Of a stretch of 51,263 nt of DNA, positions 27,482-39,018 are shown in pieces (the stretch's first letter is position 1; every line of letters starts with the position of its first letter). The stretch comes from Elusimicrobiota bacterium (lineage in GTDB: Bacteria > Elusimicrobiota > Endomicrobiia > CG1-02-37-114 > JAHJSO01), in the NCBI GenBank assembly GCA_043826435.1, contig JBDRQF010000009.1:1-51263 (forward strand). Direction: 5' to 3'. The notes under the pieces were generated by a model. That model was not told where the DNA came from. It saw only the letters and a list, made by a program, of their open reading frames with translations, and searched no databases. The position numbers and the translations under genes are program-made.

Positions 27482-28268
27482 AACATTTTTCAGATACGCC
27501 CTGATTTCAGGTGTTATAATTGGCGGGCTGTGTGCTTACCTTGGTATATACATTATACTCAGGAGAATTGTCTTTATAGGACTGGCGCTTTCTGAAATTG
27601 CAGCACTTGGCGTGGCGCTCGGGCTTTTTCTCGGATGGAAAACAGATGTTGTGTCACTCATATCAGTTCTTCTGGGAACAATTTTCTTCTGGAAGCCCTA
27701 TAGAAGTGAGTCATATACAAATGAAAGTTTGGTCGGTTTTGTTTATGCAATGGCATCGGCAGTCGGCGTGCTACTTATTGTAAAGAATCCTGCAATTGAA
27801 TCAGCGGGGATTGACTTAATAGGGGGAAATATTCTATATACTACAACATCTGATATATGGACACTGCTTGTGCTGTCCATAATCGTATTTACCCTGCACA
27901 TAGCCCTTGCCAAGGAATTTTTATTTGTGTCATTTGACAGGGAAACTGCATCTACGGTGGGACTCAAAACAAATCTTTATGAATTCCTGCTGTACATATC
28001 CATCGGCGTTGTCATTGCATTATCAATGCGTACAGGAGGTATAATTTTTGTTTTCGGCTCACTGATAATTCCCCCGCTGGTATCTTTGTCCATTTTTAAT
28101 AAACTGGAATATATTTTTATATCATCCGTTTCTTTTGCAGTTCTTTCGGTTATCGTCGGAACATTCCTCTCCTATTTCTGGGATTTGCCAACATCTGCAA
28201 CAGTGATGTGTCTCTACGGAGCGCTATTTATTGGTGTGAATTCAGTAAAGGCGATTTTGAATAAGTAA
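27465..28268 (+). CDS. Metal ABC transporter permease (ZnuB-like)
   Basis: LGIYIILRRIVFIGLALSE, SFDRETA, DLPT; multiple TMs. Confidence 0.9.
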   Translation: MEILNETFFRYALISGVIIGGLCAYLGIYIILRRIVFIGLALSEIAALGVALGLFLGWKTDVVSLISVLLGTIFFWKPYRSESYTNESLVGFVYAMASAVGVLLIVKNPAIESAGIDLIGGNILYTTTSDIWTLLVLSIIVFTLHIALAKEFLFVSFDRETASTVGLKTNLYEFLLYISIGVVIALSMRTGGIIFVFGSLIIPPLVSLSIFNKLEYIFISSVSFAVLSVIVGTFLSYFWDLPTSATVMCLYGALFIGVNSVKAILNK

Positions 28269-28377
28269 ATTATGGCTGTCTCTGTTCATAACCCGTAAGT
28301 CCGCCATCTTTTAGTGCTTTAGCCACCATCTCTTTTGTTTTTTCCCCTTACCCCCTCTGGCTTATTTTACCACTTCT

Positions 28378-28419
28378 AAACTCTAATTTCAAGTGGCTCA
28401 GTTTTTGGGGCGGGGGTCA
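28378..28419. mobile_element. Possible isolated IS3-family terminal repeat remnant
   Basis: AAACTCTAATTTCAAGTGGCTCAGTTTTTGGGGCGGGGGTCA resembles IS3-family ends (recalled pattern); no transposase nearby. Confidence 0.3.
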
Positions 28420-28476
28420 CCCGCTGTATTTGTAAGATTGATTTATCACAAAGGTGGAATCCCCCTAAAACCAAAT

Positions 28477-29079
28477 TTATTTTAAGGTATAAACGAGATT
28501 CACTTGTATCTGAACACAAGGTATATTCAGTTCTTCTGGCAGAGGTGGGAAGAGGTTAGCTTTTCTTACAGTATTAACTGCTGATTGGTCTAATATTTTA
28601 TATCCTGAAGATTTTATTATTTTAATTTTATCTGTTTGTCCATCTGATAGAATTGTAAATCTGAGATAAACTATACCTTCTATTCCTTGCCCTCTTGCTT
28701 CTGCAGGATATTCTTTTTTTTCTTCAATCTTCTGTTTGACTATATCCTGAAAGCGAAGCATTGCCTCTTGGTTAGGGTCAATCGCTTCTACTTTTTCTTC
28801 AATCAGTTCTTTAAGGGGTGCTTCCATTACTACTTCTTCGGGTTGAAGTTTATGAAGTGGTTCAATCTGTTTAGATTCTTCTGTGACTTCTTTGATTTTT
28901 TTCTCATCACCTGTGTGGTTTATCTTGGGTAGAGATGCATACTTTTCTGTTTTGACTTCTATCTTCATCGGAGATAATTTATATGAAGTCAGTGAATTTA
29001 TTGCCGGCAGGGATAAAAACAAAAGATGCGCTGTTAAAGAAAGAAAAAAACTAATTCCGGTTATTTTATTTTCTAACAT
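28477..29079 (-). CDS. tonB: Energy transducer TonB
   Basis: N-terminal TM with SLTAH, YPAEARGQGIEG, SSGYKILDQSA. Confidence 0.9.
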   Translation of the reverse strand: MLENKITGISFFLSLTAHLLFLSLPAINSLTSYKLSPMKIEVKTEKYASLPKINHTGDEKKIKEVTEESKQIEPLHKLQPEEVVMEAPLKELIEEKVEAIDPNQEAMLRFQDIVKQKIEEKKEYPAEARGQGIEGIVYLRFTILSDGQTDKIKIIKSSGYKILDQSAVNTVRKANLFPPLPEELNIPCVQIQVNLVYTLK

Positions 29080-29492
29080 TATTTTTCTTTTAATTCTGTC
29101 AGCTCTGTAGAAATTACTAAATTCTCAACTTTTGACTGACGGGCAATATCTATTACTTCTACCGCTAAACCCAGAGAAATTTTTTTATCGGCTTTGAGAA
29201 CAACTTTCTTTTCTGCTATTTTTTCTATTTTGCTATTCAATTGCTCATACAGATTTTTTATATTCACGGGCTTGTGGTCTAAATAAATTTTATTGTCCTG
29301 AGAAATAAATATAATAATACACTTCTCCGTTTCCGGCTGCGATGTCTGTGCTTTTGGTAAGTTTATTTTAATTCCCTGTGGTTTGACAAAATGCGAAGAA
29401 AGCATAAAAAAGATTAAAAGTAAAAATACCACATCAATCAAGGGAGTTATATTCAAGAATAACCTAACTTTTTTCCTACCTTCAAATTCCAC
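29079..29492 (-). CDS. exbD: Biopolymer transport protein ExbD
   Basis: NITPLIDVVFLLLIFFML, LKADK; start GTG 29492 (track gives 29504). Confidence 0.93.
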   Translation of the reverse strand: MEFEGRKKVRLFLNITPLIDVVFLLLIFFMLSSHFVKPQGIKINLPKAQTSQPETEKCIIIFISQDNKIYLDHKPVNIKNLYEQLNSKIEKIAEKKVVLKADKKISLGLAVEVIDIARQSKVENLVISTELTELKEK

Positions 29493-30018
29493 TTTCTTCC
29501 CCACTTAATGATTCTAAATATTCACCAACAGAATTTTTAAGTTGACTTGAATAATTATCAACTTTACCTTCAAAATAATGATAAGCAATTAGAACAGGAA
29601 TTGCCACGGTTAAGCCGGCAGCGGTTGTAAGCAGTGCTTCCCAGATACCGCCTGACAAAACACTTGCATCTACCTGTCCGCCTAACTGCTGAATCTTCAT
29701 AAATGCTCTAATCATTCCGAAAACTGTGCCCAGCAACCCCAGTAAGGGAGCAACATTAGCAATAGTTGCTAAACCTCTCAAATTCTTCTCCCATTCACGA
29801 ACCTGCTGTGAACCCATCAGAGCAATTCTTTTTTCCAGTTCTGCCTGAGTTAACTTTTTTTCATTCACAAAGTTTTTCAGCCCAAGTAAAAAATTAGAAA
29901 TATCAGTTTCCGATTTTCTAAGATAATAGAAACGCTCAAGTATAATTGTGATTGCAATCACCGAACACAACAAAATCGGCCACATTAAAATCCCGCCTTT
30001 TAAGAAAAATTCAAACAT
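29482..30018 (-). CDS. exbB: MotA/TolQ/ExbB proton channel
   Basis: APLLGLLGTVFGMI, GIWEALLTTAAGL. Confidence 0.92.
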   Translation of the reverse strand: MFEFFLKGGILMWPILLCSVIAITIILERFYYLRKSETDISNFLLGLKNFVNEKKLTQAELEKRIALMGSQQVREWEKNLRGLATIANVAPLLGLLGTVFGMIRAFMKIQQLGGQVDASVLSGGIWEALLTTAAGLTVAIPVLIAYHYFEGKVDNYSSQLKNSVGEYLESLSGEESGI

Positions 30019-30035
30019 AAATTTTCACCTTCCTT

Positions 30036-32057
30036 TCAGGTTTTGATAAATTCTTCCACTGTTTTGACGATATTATTTACCGTTAAATCTTCTAATCTAT
30101 AATACTTTCCTCCAAGCGCATCAGCAATCTCCAGCGATTTATTAAAACTGATAAAACTGGACTCTGTATCAATTACTATTGAGTTGATACCTGATTTTTT
30201 AATTTTACCTGCAATATTTTTGACTTCTTCAAAAATATTTTCTTTACCTATACCGACATTGGCTTTTCCATCTGTAATCAGAACCAGCAGAGGTTTAACA
30301 TTGGGTGTTTTTCTTAATTCATTTTGAAATAACTCATAACCGGTCAATAATCCTTTGGATAAAGGAGTTTTTCCGCCGGTGGGTAATTCTTCAAGTCGTT
30401 TCTTTGCCAGTTCAATACTTGATGTTAATGGTAACAATATCTCTGCTTTATCGCCTTTAAAAGCTACAAAACCAACTCTGTCCCTTTTCTGGTAAGCATC
30501 AATCAGAAGTGAAAGTATTGCTCCTTTTGTTTCTGTCATTCTCTCGTTTGCTCCCATTGAACCCGAAGAGTCAACTACAAAAATAATTGCATTGCCCGTT
30601 TTCTTTTCTCTTACTCTCTGACGAATATCCTGTGGCTCTATAATTAGTCCACAGTTTTCATTCTGTGGACTGTTGACTATGGACTGTCGACTGATTTGAT
30701 AAGGCGCTGCTGCCCGCAAAGTAGCATCAAAAGCAATATCATTAAACTTATGCACTTGTGCACTTGTGCTCCTGTGCTCTGGAATTTTACTACGCACATA
30801 ACGACCGGATTTTGAATTGGTTTTTGTATTGCTTCTTCTACCTGAAATGTTCCTTATTATTCTATCCTTTTCCTGTTGTAATTTTTTCACAGAAAATGTT
30901 TTTCCTGTTTCAAAATTAACTTCCTGCGATGTATTGGATTCTGGCGATTTGTTGTTATTCTTTTCGTTTTGTTGTTCGCTATCTTGTGTCGGTGATTTTG
31001 TGTTTTTGTGCTGATGTTTTTCTTCTTTTTGCTTTTTGATTGATTGTTCTATTTTTTCCTGGTTAGGTTGTGGCTGTTGAAATGGTTTTTTTCTCATCCT
31101 GTGCGGTAATACAAGTTCTGCTGCTTCTTTAACATCTTCTTCGGTCACTTCTTTTCTCTGATGATACGCGGCTATTGTCTGGGCTGTTTTTATCATAGCA
31201 ATATCAGCCCTGTGACCATCCACTCCCATATCAATTGCAATCTGTGTTACAAGTTTTAAAATATCATTAGAATAAATCACATAAGGGAAAATATCCTGTG
31301 CTTTAATAATTGTTTCCCGTAAGTTTATCTGTTCCTGTTCCCATTTCTTTTCAAATTCGTGTGGTGATTTCTCGTATTCTATACATCTTTTTACCACCTC
31401 TGCCCTTTTCTCGGGGTCAGTCAATCCGTGAACTTCAACACAGAGCCCGAATCTGTCCAAAAGCTGCGGCCGCAACTCTCCTTCTTCGGGGTTCATTGTA
31501 CCTACCAAAATAAATTTAGCCGGATGTGAATAAGAAACGCCCTCTCTTTCCACAATGTTTACACCCATTGCTGCTGCATCAAGAAGAATATCTACAAGAT
31601 GGTCATCAAGCAGATTCACTTCATCAACATATAATATTCCACGGTTTACTTTTGCCAGAAGACCTGGTTCAAAATCTTTTTCTCCTTTTTTTATTGCTTT
31701 TTCTATATCCAGTGTTCCCAGTACCCTGTCCTCTGTTGCCCCCAGTGGTAAGTCAACGACCTTTATTTTTCTTTTAACAACAGGTAATTTTTCTCCTTTT
31801 TCAAATCTTTCTCTACATTTTACACACATCTCATAAATGTTATGTGGATTACATCCAAAGGGACAGTCTTCTACGACATCTATTTCAGGTAATAAATCGG
31901 CTAAAGAACGTGCTGCAGTAGATTTAGCGGTTCCTTTCTCTCCACGAATTAAGACACCGCCTAAAAGAGAATTGATTGCATTTAATATAAGTGCCTTCTT
32001 CATCTTTTCCTGACCGACAATCGCTGTGAATGGAAATATTGTTTTTCTGCAGCTCAT
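30036..32057 (-). CDS. Chelatase AAA+ ATPase with VWA domain (ChlI/ChlD-type fusion)
   Basis: [49 protein letters not shown] (MIDAS), ITDG. Confidence 0.93.
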   Translation of the reverse strand: MSCRKTIFPFTAIVGQEKMKKALILNAINSLLGGVLIRGEKGTAKSTAARSLADLLPEIDVVEDCPFGCNPHNIYEMCVKCRERFEKGEKLPVVKRKIKVVDLPLGATEDRVLGTLDIEKAIKKGEKDFEPGLLAKVNRGILYVDEVNLLDDHLVDILLDAAAMGVNIVEREGVSYSHPAKFILVGTMNPEEGELRPQLLDRFGLCVEVHGLTDPEKRAEVVKRCIEYEKSPHEFEKKWEQEQINLRETIIKAQDIFPYVIYSNDILKLVTQIAIDMGVDGHRADIAMIKTAQTIAAYHQRKEVTEEDVKEAAELVLPHRMRKKPFQQPQPNQEKIEQSIKKQKEEKHQHKNTKSPTQDSEQQNEKNNNKSPESNTSQEVNFETGKTFSVKKLQQEKDRIIRNISGRRSNTKTNSKSGRYVRSKIPEHRSTSAQVHKFNDIAFDATLRAAAPYQISRQSIVNSPQNENCGLIIEPQDIRQRVREKKTGNAIIFVVDSSGSMGANERMTETKGAILSLLIDAYQKRDRVGFVAFKGDKAEILLPLTSSIELAKKRLEELPTGGKTPLSKGLLTGYELFQNELRKTPNVKPLLVLITDGKANVGIGKENIFEEVKNIAGKIKKSGINSIVIDTESSFISFNKSLEIADALGGKYYRLEDLTVNNIVKTVEEFIKT

Positions 32058-35000
32058 TTTTTGCCTCCTGTTTTCAAGAAAATCGCCTTCGGCAATGACT
32101 TTTCTTGCCCCCCTGATTCGTTTTGCATTCGCAAAAGCGAATCAAAACGGGGGGGCTTGTACAGTAAAAAATCGTCTATATTAAAATGTGTCTTTTCTGT
32201 CCATCCTTCAACTTCTACTTTGGTTAATATATCAACATTACCACCCTGATATTCTCCTTCAGCATCTCCCATTTTTTCTTCCATCCAACTTTCAATTTCA
32301 AGATAATTGTCCTGTAATTCTTTTAACACCTGTGGGTCTGCTTTCCAGACACCTCTTTTTTCTGCTTCTAAAAGTCTTCTTGAAATTTCTTCTAATGCCC
32401 AGGGGTTGTTATCTTCAAAAAATTTTCTCATTTCCTTGTCAAGCACATATTTTTTTGTCAAATCGTCAAATATCCAGTCATCTACAACCTCTGCTGAGGC
32501 GTCCCAACCATAGACCGCCACAACTTTATGTGCCATATCGCCTGCACCTTTATATCCATGTCTTTTCATTCCTTCAATCCATTCAGGATTTAATAATCGT
32601 GTTCGTACCGCTCTTTCTATTTCATCTTTCATATCTCTTGTTTGAGGTTTTTGGGGGTCGCGGGTATCTCCCCATAAAACCTTTGGACTATTTCCTGAGA
32701 GTGATTTAACCGCTGAATACATTCCACCCTGAAAATCATAAAAACAACAGCCGAGCGGGTCTGTCTCATCCGTTTCCAATTTATGAAAGACCGCCTGAAC
32801 TGAACTTAACCTGTGCGCATATTCTTCACAGGCAACCTGACCAAAAATTTCCCTACCATAAGCATAGCCGCCTCTTTCAATATATATTTCACCCAAGTCC
32901 TTCATTGTCTTCCATGCGCTGGCAGCAATCATCAGTTTAACCCCATTACCATAAGTGCCGGGTTGTGCACAGAAAAGACGATAGGTGGCCTGCCGCCAAG
33001 ATTCGGATGTATCTTTTGTCGCATGAATGCGACCGTTACAATTATGTTTTTCAATATATTCAAGAACATGCTTTTTTATAAAATTCATCTTTTTTGGTTC
33101 ATTCAGTGAGGCAATTTTCTGTATTGTTTCATCCAACAGTTCAAACAGATGCGGAAGAGTATCACGAAAAATACCGCTTGTTCTGATAGTTACATCTATC
33201 CGAGGTCTTTTTAACTCCTTTAATGGAATAATCTCCGTTCCCTTAACAACACCTGTTTCTGCCCAGATAGGTCTCGCTCCAAGAAGATATAAAATCTGCG
33301 AAATTTGTTCTCCATCGGCACGATAGGCATCTATACTCCATAAAACCATTCCGATATTTTCTGGATATCTGTCTTCTTCTTTAAGGTATTTATTTAACAA
33401 TCCTTCCGCCATTTTGATACCCACCTGCCAGGCAGCTTTGGTAGGTATAGTGCGAGGGTCAAGACAATAAAAATTCCTTCCTGTTGGCAGCACTTCTATT
33501 TTACCCCGGGTTATAAGTCCGGCGGGTCCTGGTTGTATGTGTTTTTTTTCTATTCCCGCAAGAACCTGCGGTATTTCTCTTTTTATCATTTCTAATTTCT
33601 CAAAAAATTTATTTTTCCTTATTTTGGTATGTTCTATGATACATGAATATAAACCTTCTTTTCCTTTCTTTATTGGAACTTTACTTAAAATATGCATCCC
33701 GATATTTATTTTTGAACTTTTTATCAGTTCTATCTTTTCATGTAAAATCTTAATTATCTGTTGAGGGGCGGCGGCAGAATCGTCTTGAACAATTAAATTA
33801 TTTTTCTGCGATAATTTAATAATTTCGTCCAGGATAACTTCGCCTCTTTGATGCTCATCTAAATCTATTGTTTTCTGGTATTGTTCAAGAAGTTCTTCAA
33901 TCTCAGTAAGTTCTCCATAACTTTCAAACTTTTTCATCGCCGGAATCATATGGTCAATTATTACCGCATATGCTCTGCGTTTTGCAAGAATACCTTCTGC
34001 AGGATTCTTAATTGTATAAATATAAAGATGGGGTTTTGTGCCCGTAATAATTTCAGGAAAACATTCCGCACTCATTCCAACTGATTTACCCGGAAGAAAT
34101 TCAATATATCCATGTGTTCCCACTGAAATAATCATATCAGAATTTTCCTGCGCCCATTTATATGTAGCAAGACATTGGTGGGTCGGGGCAATTTTTGGGT
34201 CATGAAGAATTTTACATACCTCCCCGTCGCACTTTGCACCATAGCAGCCCCTTTTGGGTTCTGCCAGAATATGTATGTTCCCGAATTTAAGGCCGGTGAC
34301 AACAAGATTTCCATTATGAACCATACTCTTTCCCGGTGGTTCGCCCCAATCCTTAACCATTTTTTCCCGAACATTATGGGAAAGTTTATTTAACCATTGA
34401 TTATATTTATCCATTGTGATAAATTCTACTACACCACCCTTTTTTACTATTTCCTCCACGGTGGTCCAGCGAAATTCACTGATTGCTTTTTTATTCATAA
34501 TGAGGTCAATTAACTCTTTGCCTGTTTCAGGGCACTTTATTACATTGTAACCCTTTTTCTGCATCTCCTTCATCATTCTGACTACACTCTCTAAAGTATC
34601 AAGTCCTGACCCGCCACCAACTGATGTCTCTACCCCCGCACAGGGATTGTTATGCAAGAGAAATGTAACTTTTCTTTTATTTACCGGAAGATTGTATAGT
34701 TTTAACCATGCACTAATTCTGTCTATTAGAAATTCAACTCTTTCTTCTATTGGTTTTCTCCTGCCATATGTATCCTCTTGTGCACTCTTCGTCGGATGCA
34801 TCCGACCGCTACTTTCTTTTGCCGCCACAACAATCGGCTCTATTGCTCCGTTAAATTCAGGGTGGGCCACCCAGTAAATCTGGTTAGTTGGACTTATTCC
34901 CTGAGGACTTTCTTCCCATTCTTTTTCTGTTCTTGAGCTGGAATATACCGTCTGAATAATCGGAACCCCGATTTTATCCAGAATGGTTTCTTCATTTTCT

Positions 35001-35302
35001 TTTCCAATCGCATGTTGAATAAGAAAAGATGATTCACAGTTAATAATCAAATCCACCCCTTTTAATAATTTAAGTCCTGCTTCCAGGCCGGGACAGTCCT
35101 TTCCTCCGTATTCCTTTTTTTGTGCAAAGACAGCCACCGGCAAAATGTTTTTTTCTTCAAGTTTTTTTATCAATAAATCTATTAGTTCCAAATCATTTTT
35201 AATTAACAAAGAACGCGGAAAAAATATCCCAACTTTTTCTTGTGCTCTGGTGCTCTTTCGCTCTTGTGTTCTATAGTAATATCCAAACCACGGCTTATCC
35301 AC
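32054..35302 (-). CDS. cobN: CobN/ChlH-family chelatase large subunit (cytoplasmic)
   Basis: [67 protein letters not shown]; no signal peptide. Confidence 0.9.
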   Translation of the reverse strand: MDKPWFGYYYRTQERKSTRAQEKVGIFFPRSLLIKNDLELIDLLIKKLEEKNILPVAVFAQKKEYGGKDCPGLEAGLKLLKGVDLIINCESSFLIQHAIGKENEETILDKIGVPIIQTVYSSSRTEKEWEESPQGISPTNQIYWVAHPEFNGAIEPIVVAAKESSGRMHPTKSAQEDTYGRRKPIEERVEFLIDRISAWLKLYNLPVNKRKVTFLLHNNPCAGVETSVGGGSGLDTLESVVRMMKEMQKKGYNVIKCPETGKELIDLIMNKKAISEFRWTTVEEIVKKGGVVEFITMDKYNQWLNKLSHNVREKMVKDWGEPPGKSMVHNGNLVVTGLKFGNIHILAEPKRGCYGAKCDGEVCKILHDPKIAPTHQCLATYKWAQENSDMIISVGTHGYIEFLPGKSVGMSAECFPEIITGTKPHLYIYTIKNPAEGILAKRRAYAVIIDHMIPAMKKFESYGELTEIEELLEQYQKTIDLDEHQRGEVILDEIIKLSQKNNLIVQDDSAAAPQQIIKILHEKIELIKSSKINIGMHILSKVPIKKGKEGLYSCIIEHTKIRKNKFFEKLEMIKREIPQVLAGIEKKHIQPGPAGLITRGKIEVLPTGRNFYCLDPRTIPTKAAWQVGIKMAEGLLNKYLKEEDRYPENIGMVLWSIDAYRADGEQISQILYLLGARPIWAETGVVKGTEIIPLKELKRPRIDVTIRTSGIFRDTLPHLFELLDETIQKIASLNEPKKMNFIKKHVLEYIEKHNCNGRIHATKDTSESWRQATYRLFCAQPGTYGNGVKLMIAASAWKTMKDLGEIYIERGGYAYGREIFGQVACEEYAHRLSSVQAVFHKLETDETDPLGCCFYDFQGGMYSAVKSLSGNSPKVLWGDTRDPQKPQTRDMKDEIERAVRTRLLNPEWIEGMKRHGYKGAGDMAHKVVAVYGWDASAEVVDDWIFDDLTKKYVLDKEMRKFFEDNNPWALEEISRRLLEAEKRGVWKADPQVLKELQDNYLEIESWMEEKMGDAEGEYQGGNVDILTKVEVEGWTEKTHFNIDDFLLYKPPRFDSLLRMQNESGGQEKSLPKAIFLKTGGKK

Positions 35303-36269
35303 AATAACCTCCGAGATAGATTAAAATTAAAAGAATTATTCCCCGGACAAAAACGCTTACTCCCGTAGAAATTAAAATAATTATAGTTCCAATCCGAAAA
35401 CCAAAAAGAGAAATATATTTTGGTAAAAGTCCACGAAGCGATAAAACAGGCAGTAAAATTAAACTGCCTAAAAGCAAAGCTACGATTGTCTGGTAATTTG
35501 TTATTTCTCCCTGACGAAGCAATGTTCCCATTGAAGATATTCCCGCAATAGGATGAATAATATAAGTGGCCACAGGCGTAACTATATTTGACGGAAGATT
35601 GATACAGGAGGTTAAAGGAGTAACCTGCGACTCAATAATTTTCAATATTCCAAAGTGAGATAAAAGTAGAATAATAAAAGTTATTGAAATATAAATAAAG
35701 ACAATTTTCATAAACGGTTTCATTTGATTCTTAAATGCTCTTTTGATAATCTGTTTAAAATTATTTGAAAGATGCTTTTTATCATCAGGACAGTCCATCG
35801 GGCTATCTATTGATCGGGCAGGAAGAATTTTTCTTCCAACAAGAATTATAAGAAAAAGTTTTACTAATCCTGAAAACCAGAAAATTAAAAGGTGTGCCAT
35901 TCCGACAAACACTCCGAGGACAGGGAAAACTACAGGCAACTGATATGTAAATGTCTCTTTGATATAAACAGGGGTTGAACTAAGAAGTGAAGAAAGAATC
36001 ACTTCTTTATCGCTTATTCGCTTATCTTTATGAAATCCGGCAAGCATGCTGTTAGCTGCCAGTGTTGAACCAATACCGGCAACTAAGCCGAGACCCGCTT
36101 CCGGTGGAAGATGAGAAATTTTTATCAGTGGTCTGTTCAATGGTTCAAATTTCTTCATTAAACCCAATTGCAGTGAAACCTCAGCACCAAAAAGACCGAT
36201 GAACATCACCCCTAATACCGGTAAAGCACAGTTTATTGTTTTGAATAATATCTGAATAAAAATTTCCAT
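35295..36269 (-). CDS. Nucleoside-recognition (Gate) domain membrane protein
   Basis: Two hydrophobic halves with PLxxxxxLP motifs; AANSMLAGFHKDKRISDKE. Confidence 0.75.
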   Translation of the reverse strand: MEIFIQILFKTINCALPVLGVMFIGLFGAEVSLQLGLMKKFEPLNRPLIKISHLPPEAGLGLVAGIGSTLAANSMLAGFHKDKRISDKEVILSSLLSSTPVYIKETFTYQLPVVFPVLGVFVGMAHLLIFWFSGLVKLFLIILVGRKILPARSIDSPMDCPDDKKHLSNNFKQIIKRAFKNQMKPFMKIVFIYISITFIILLLSHFGILKIIESQVTPLTSCINLPSNIVTPVATYIIHPIAGISSMGTLLRQGEITNYQTIVALLLGSLILLPVLSLRGLLPKYISLFGFRIGTIIILISTGVSVFVRGIILLILIYLGGYCG

Positions 36270-36272
36270 AGT

Positions 36273-37073
36273 TTAATTCTTAATTACCGAAGGAGGGATA
36301 ACATAAAGAGGGCTAACATTTAATATATTTGTCTCTGAATCATGCGATATCTTCACCTTTACCTGAAAAACCTTTTCTATATTTTCGCAGGTTAAAACAT
36401 TCTGAACAAAATCAGCACCGTAAACTTTCCCTTTTTCCAGAAGCAATAACTTATCGCTGAAACGAGCAGCCATATTGAGATCATGCAAAACCATAACCAC
36501 TGCTAATTTTTCTTTACGGGCAAGATTACAAACTAAATCCAGTATTTCTAATTGATGGTTTATATCTAAATGTAAAGTCGGTTCATCTAAAAGAAGAATT
36601 TTTGGTTGTTGAGCCAATGCCCGGGCAATAATTACTCTCTGGTATTCACCCCCTGAAATTTCAGTTATGGGTCTTTCAGATAAATGTTTAATACCAGTAA
36701 TTTCCAGAGAACGCCAAATAATAGATGTATCCTTTTCTGTTTCTTTTTTAAACCTTAACTGATGTGAATATCTACCCATCATAACAATATCAAAAACAGT
36801 GAAAGGAAAGGAAATAAAGGAAATCTGAGGAACTACGCCTATATTTTTAGCTATTTCTTTACGACTAAATTTCAGAATATCTTTATCGGCAATCAAGACC
36901 GCTCCGGTTTCTGGTCTCAATTTTCTGTTTATACATTTAAGGAGCGTGGTCTTGCCGGAACCATTAGGACCAATAATTCCTAAAATTTCTCCACCTTCTA
37001 CATTTAGAGAAATGTTTTTTAATGTTTTTACATTGTCATAAGAAAAACTTAAATCCAAAATTTTTAATTTCAT
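36273..37073 (-). CDS. Cobalamin/heme/siderophore ABC ATPase (BtuD/FepC-like)
   Basis: GPNGSGKT, ISGGEYQR, LLLDEPTLHLD, LHDLNMA. Confidence 0.93.
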   Translation of the reverse strand: MKLKILDLSFSYDNVKTLKNISLNVEGGEILGIIGPNGSGKTTLLKCINRKLRPETGAVLIADKDILKFSRKEIAKNIGVVPQISFISFPFTVFDIVMMGRYSHQLRFKKETEKDTSIIWRSLEITGIKHLSERPITEISGGEYQRVIIARALAQQPKILLLDEPTLHLDINHQLEILDLVCNLARKEKLAVVMVLHDLNMAARFSDKLLLLEKGKVYGADFVQNVLTCENIEKVFQVKVKISHDSETNILNVSPLYVIPPSVIKN

Positions 37074-37074
37074 A

Positions 37075-38082
37075 TCAAAAGCCGCTCAATCTTTTTCTTC
37101 TTTTTAATAAAAAAAGAAAAAATGGAACACCGATTAAAGCAGTGATTATCCCTACCGGAAGTTCGGTGGGTGAAATTAATGTGCGAGCAAAAGTATCAAC
37201 CCAGACCAGAAATATGCTGCCGCAAATACAGGATGCCGGAAGAAGGAAACGGTGGTCGGTCCCAATAATGATTCTCATTATATGGGGAATAATCAAGCCC
37301 ACAAATCCAATAATTCCTGATACCGCCACTGCAGTTGCTGTTACAAGTGCTGCTAAAACAAGAATAATTTTTCTTGCAGTTTCCACTTCCACACCTACAT
37401 CCTGCGCTTGTTCTTCACCAATTAAAAGTATGTTTAATTCCCGATAGAAAAATACAAGACATATTGTACCCGAAAATATAATAGGAAAACTTGTTAAAAC
37501 CTTATTCCAGTTACTTGCCCACAGCCCTCCCATAAGCCAGAAGATAATCTCGCGAAGTTGTCCTTCCGCTGCCACATATTGAATAAAGGATGTAAGTGCA
37601 GAAAAGAAAAGAGAAAGAGCAATGCCGGCTAAAAGCAGTGTCTCTACTGGAATTTTTGTTCCTGTTTTTGCTAAATAATAAACAAGAAAAACAGCAAGCA
37701 GCGAAAAGAAAAATGCAACCGGCATTATTAAGACCTGGGGTGCTCCTAAAACAATAACTACTGAAGAACCAAAAGCCCCCCCGGAAGAAACACCTAAGAC
37801 ATAAGGTGAAGCCATTGGATTTCTGAAAATTGACTGCATCGCACAGCCGGAAATACTTAAAGCACTTCCTACTAACATACCTAATAATATTCTTGGCAAT
37901 CGGACATTAAGTATAATCTGCTCAAAATTGTCAGGCCAGGTCCGGGGAATATCAAAAATATTAGAAAGCAATATTTTTATTACAGTTTTCACTGTAATAT
38001 GAACAGGTCCGAGAGTTAGAGTTAACAGTAATGTTAGGATAAGTCCTGCAGTGAGAAATAGTAAAATTAGTTTCTTTTTCAT
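37075..38082 (-). CDS. FecCD/BtuC-family permease
   Basis: VRLPR, FRNPMASPYVLGVSSG, GIIGFVGLIIPH, ELPVG. Confidence 0.95.
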   Translation of the reverse strand: MKKKLILLFLTAGLILTLLLTLTLGPVHITVKTVIKILLSNIFDIPRTWPDNFEQIILNVRLPRILLGMLVGSALSISGCAMQSIFRNPMASPYVLGVSSGGAFGSSVVIVLGAPQVLIMPVAFFFSLLAVFLVYYLAKTGTKIPVETLLLAGIALSLFFSALTSFIQYVAAEGQLREIIFWLMGGLWASNWNKVLTSFPIIFSGTICLVFFYRELNILLIGEEQAQDVGVEVETARKIILVLAALVTATAVAVSGIIGFVGLIIPHIMRIIIGTDHRFLLPASCICGSIFLVWVDTFARTLISPTELPVGIITALIGVPFFLFLLKRRKRLSGF

Positions 38083-38133
38083 ATTGTTTGATAAATCAAA
38101 CCGCTACACTATCTTGTGCGATAAATCGCACCG

Positions 38134-39018
38134 CTACTGTTCGGGATAAAACCACTTCGCATACTGCTCCAATCCATCAAGGCAACGGGGTGTATATCCG
38201 GTAAAATATCCAGGGCTTACAAAAATTCGGTTATTCTTCACTGCTTTGATATTTTTCCAGCCATCCCTTTTTTTTATTTCTTCAGGTGTTGCACCGTAGT
38301 CCTCCACAATAATTACATCCGGGTTTTTTGTAATTATAAACTCCTGTGAAAGAAGCGGGAAAGCAACCGGTTCACTCCCGGCAATATTTATTCCGCCGGC
38401 TCTTGTGATTAAATCATGGGTAAGTGAGCCGGAACTTCTGCTTTTACCTAATGAATGTGCCTCAAAATAAACTAAAGGTCGGGACTTAATTTTTTTTAAT
38501 TTTTGCAGAATAAATTCTGCGACTACATTTATCCTTGTCTGCATATTTGAAACAATTTTTTTCGCCTCTTTTTCCTTCCCAACTATCGCACCAATATCTT
38601 TAACTAACTTCATTATTCCTTCAACATCATATGTGCCGACAGGAAAAATATTTAATCCTCTCTCTTTCAAAATATCCGACTGACCTTTCCAGCAGAAAAC
38701 TAAATCTGGCTTAAAACCAAGCAGAAGTTCCAGATTGACATTTGTCATATCACCACCAACAGGTGGTTTACTTTTAAGAATTTGATAGTATGGACTTTCT
38801 TTTTTTAATTTACCGATAGCAACAATTTTATCAACCACACCGAGGTCGCATAAAATTTCTGTTGAATAATAATCAATAGAAACAATCCTGATGGGGCAGG
38901 GGGAGAGATATATGTCCCTCTCCCCTGTAATTCTCTTTGCTGTTTTACTCAGGACAAAACTTATCCCAAATGCACAAACAACAAAAATTGAAATCCAGAG
39001 CCAGTTCTTTTTATCCAT
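38134..39018 (-). CDS. BtuF-like periplasmic binding protein
   Basis: PIRIVS, TEILCDLG, KPDLV, AGGINI, NPDVII, IKAVKNNRI. Confidence 0.9.
   Translation of the reverse strand: MDKKNWLWISIFVVCAFGISFVLSKTAKRITGERDIYLSPCPIRIVSIDYYSTEILCDLGVVDKIVAIGKLKKESPYYQILKSKPPVGGDMTNVNLELLLGFKPDLVFCWKGQSDILKERGLNIFPVGTYDVEGIMKLVKDIGAIVGKEKEAKKIVSNMQTRINVVAEFILQKLKKIKSRPLVYFEAHSLGKSRSSGSLTHDLITRAGGINIAGSEPVAFPLLSQEFIITKNPDVIIVEDYGATPEEIKKRDGWKNIKAVKNNRIFVSPGYFTGYTPRCLDGLEQYAKWFYPEQ

Larger units (their letters stand above)
33018..38526 (-). repeat. Five dispersed 22-bp GTAR-hairpin REP-like elements (33018-33039, 34791-34812, 38086-38107, 38116-38137, 38505-38526)
   Basis: Each reads GTA(G/A)-NN-7 bp stem-2 nt loop on the minus strand, e.g. 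GTAGCG GTGCGAT TT ATCGCAC. Confidence 0.75.

Noticed and set aside
30036..35302. Magnesium chelatase / photosynthesis interpretation
   Set aside because: No bch/chl pathway genes; context is metal and tetrapyrrole uptake.
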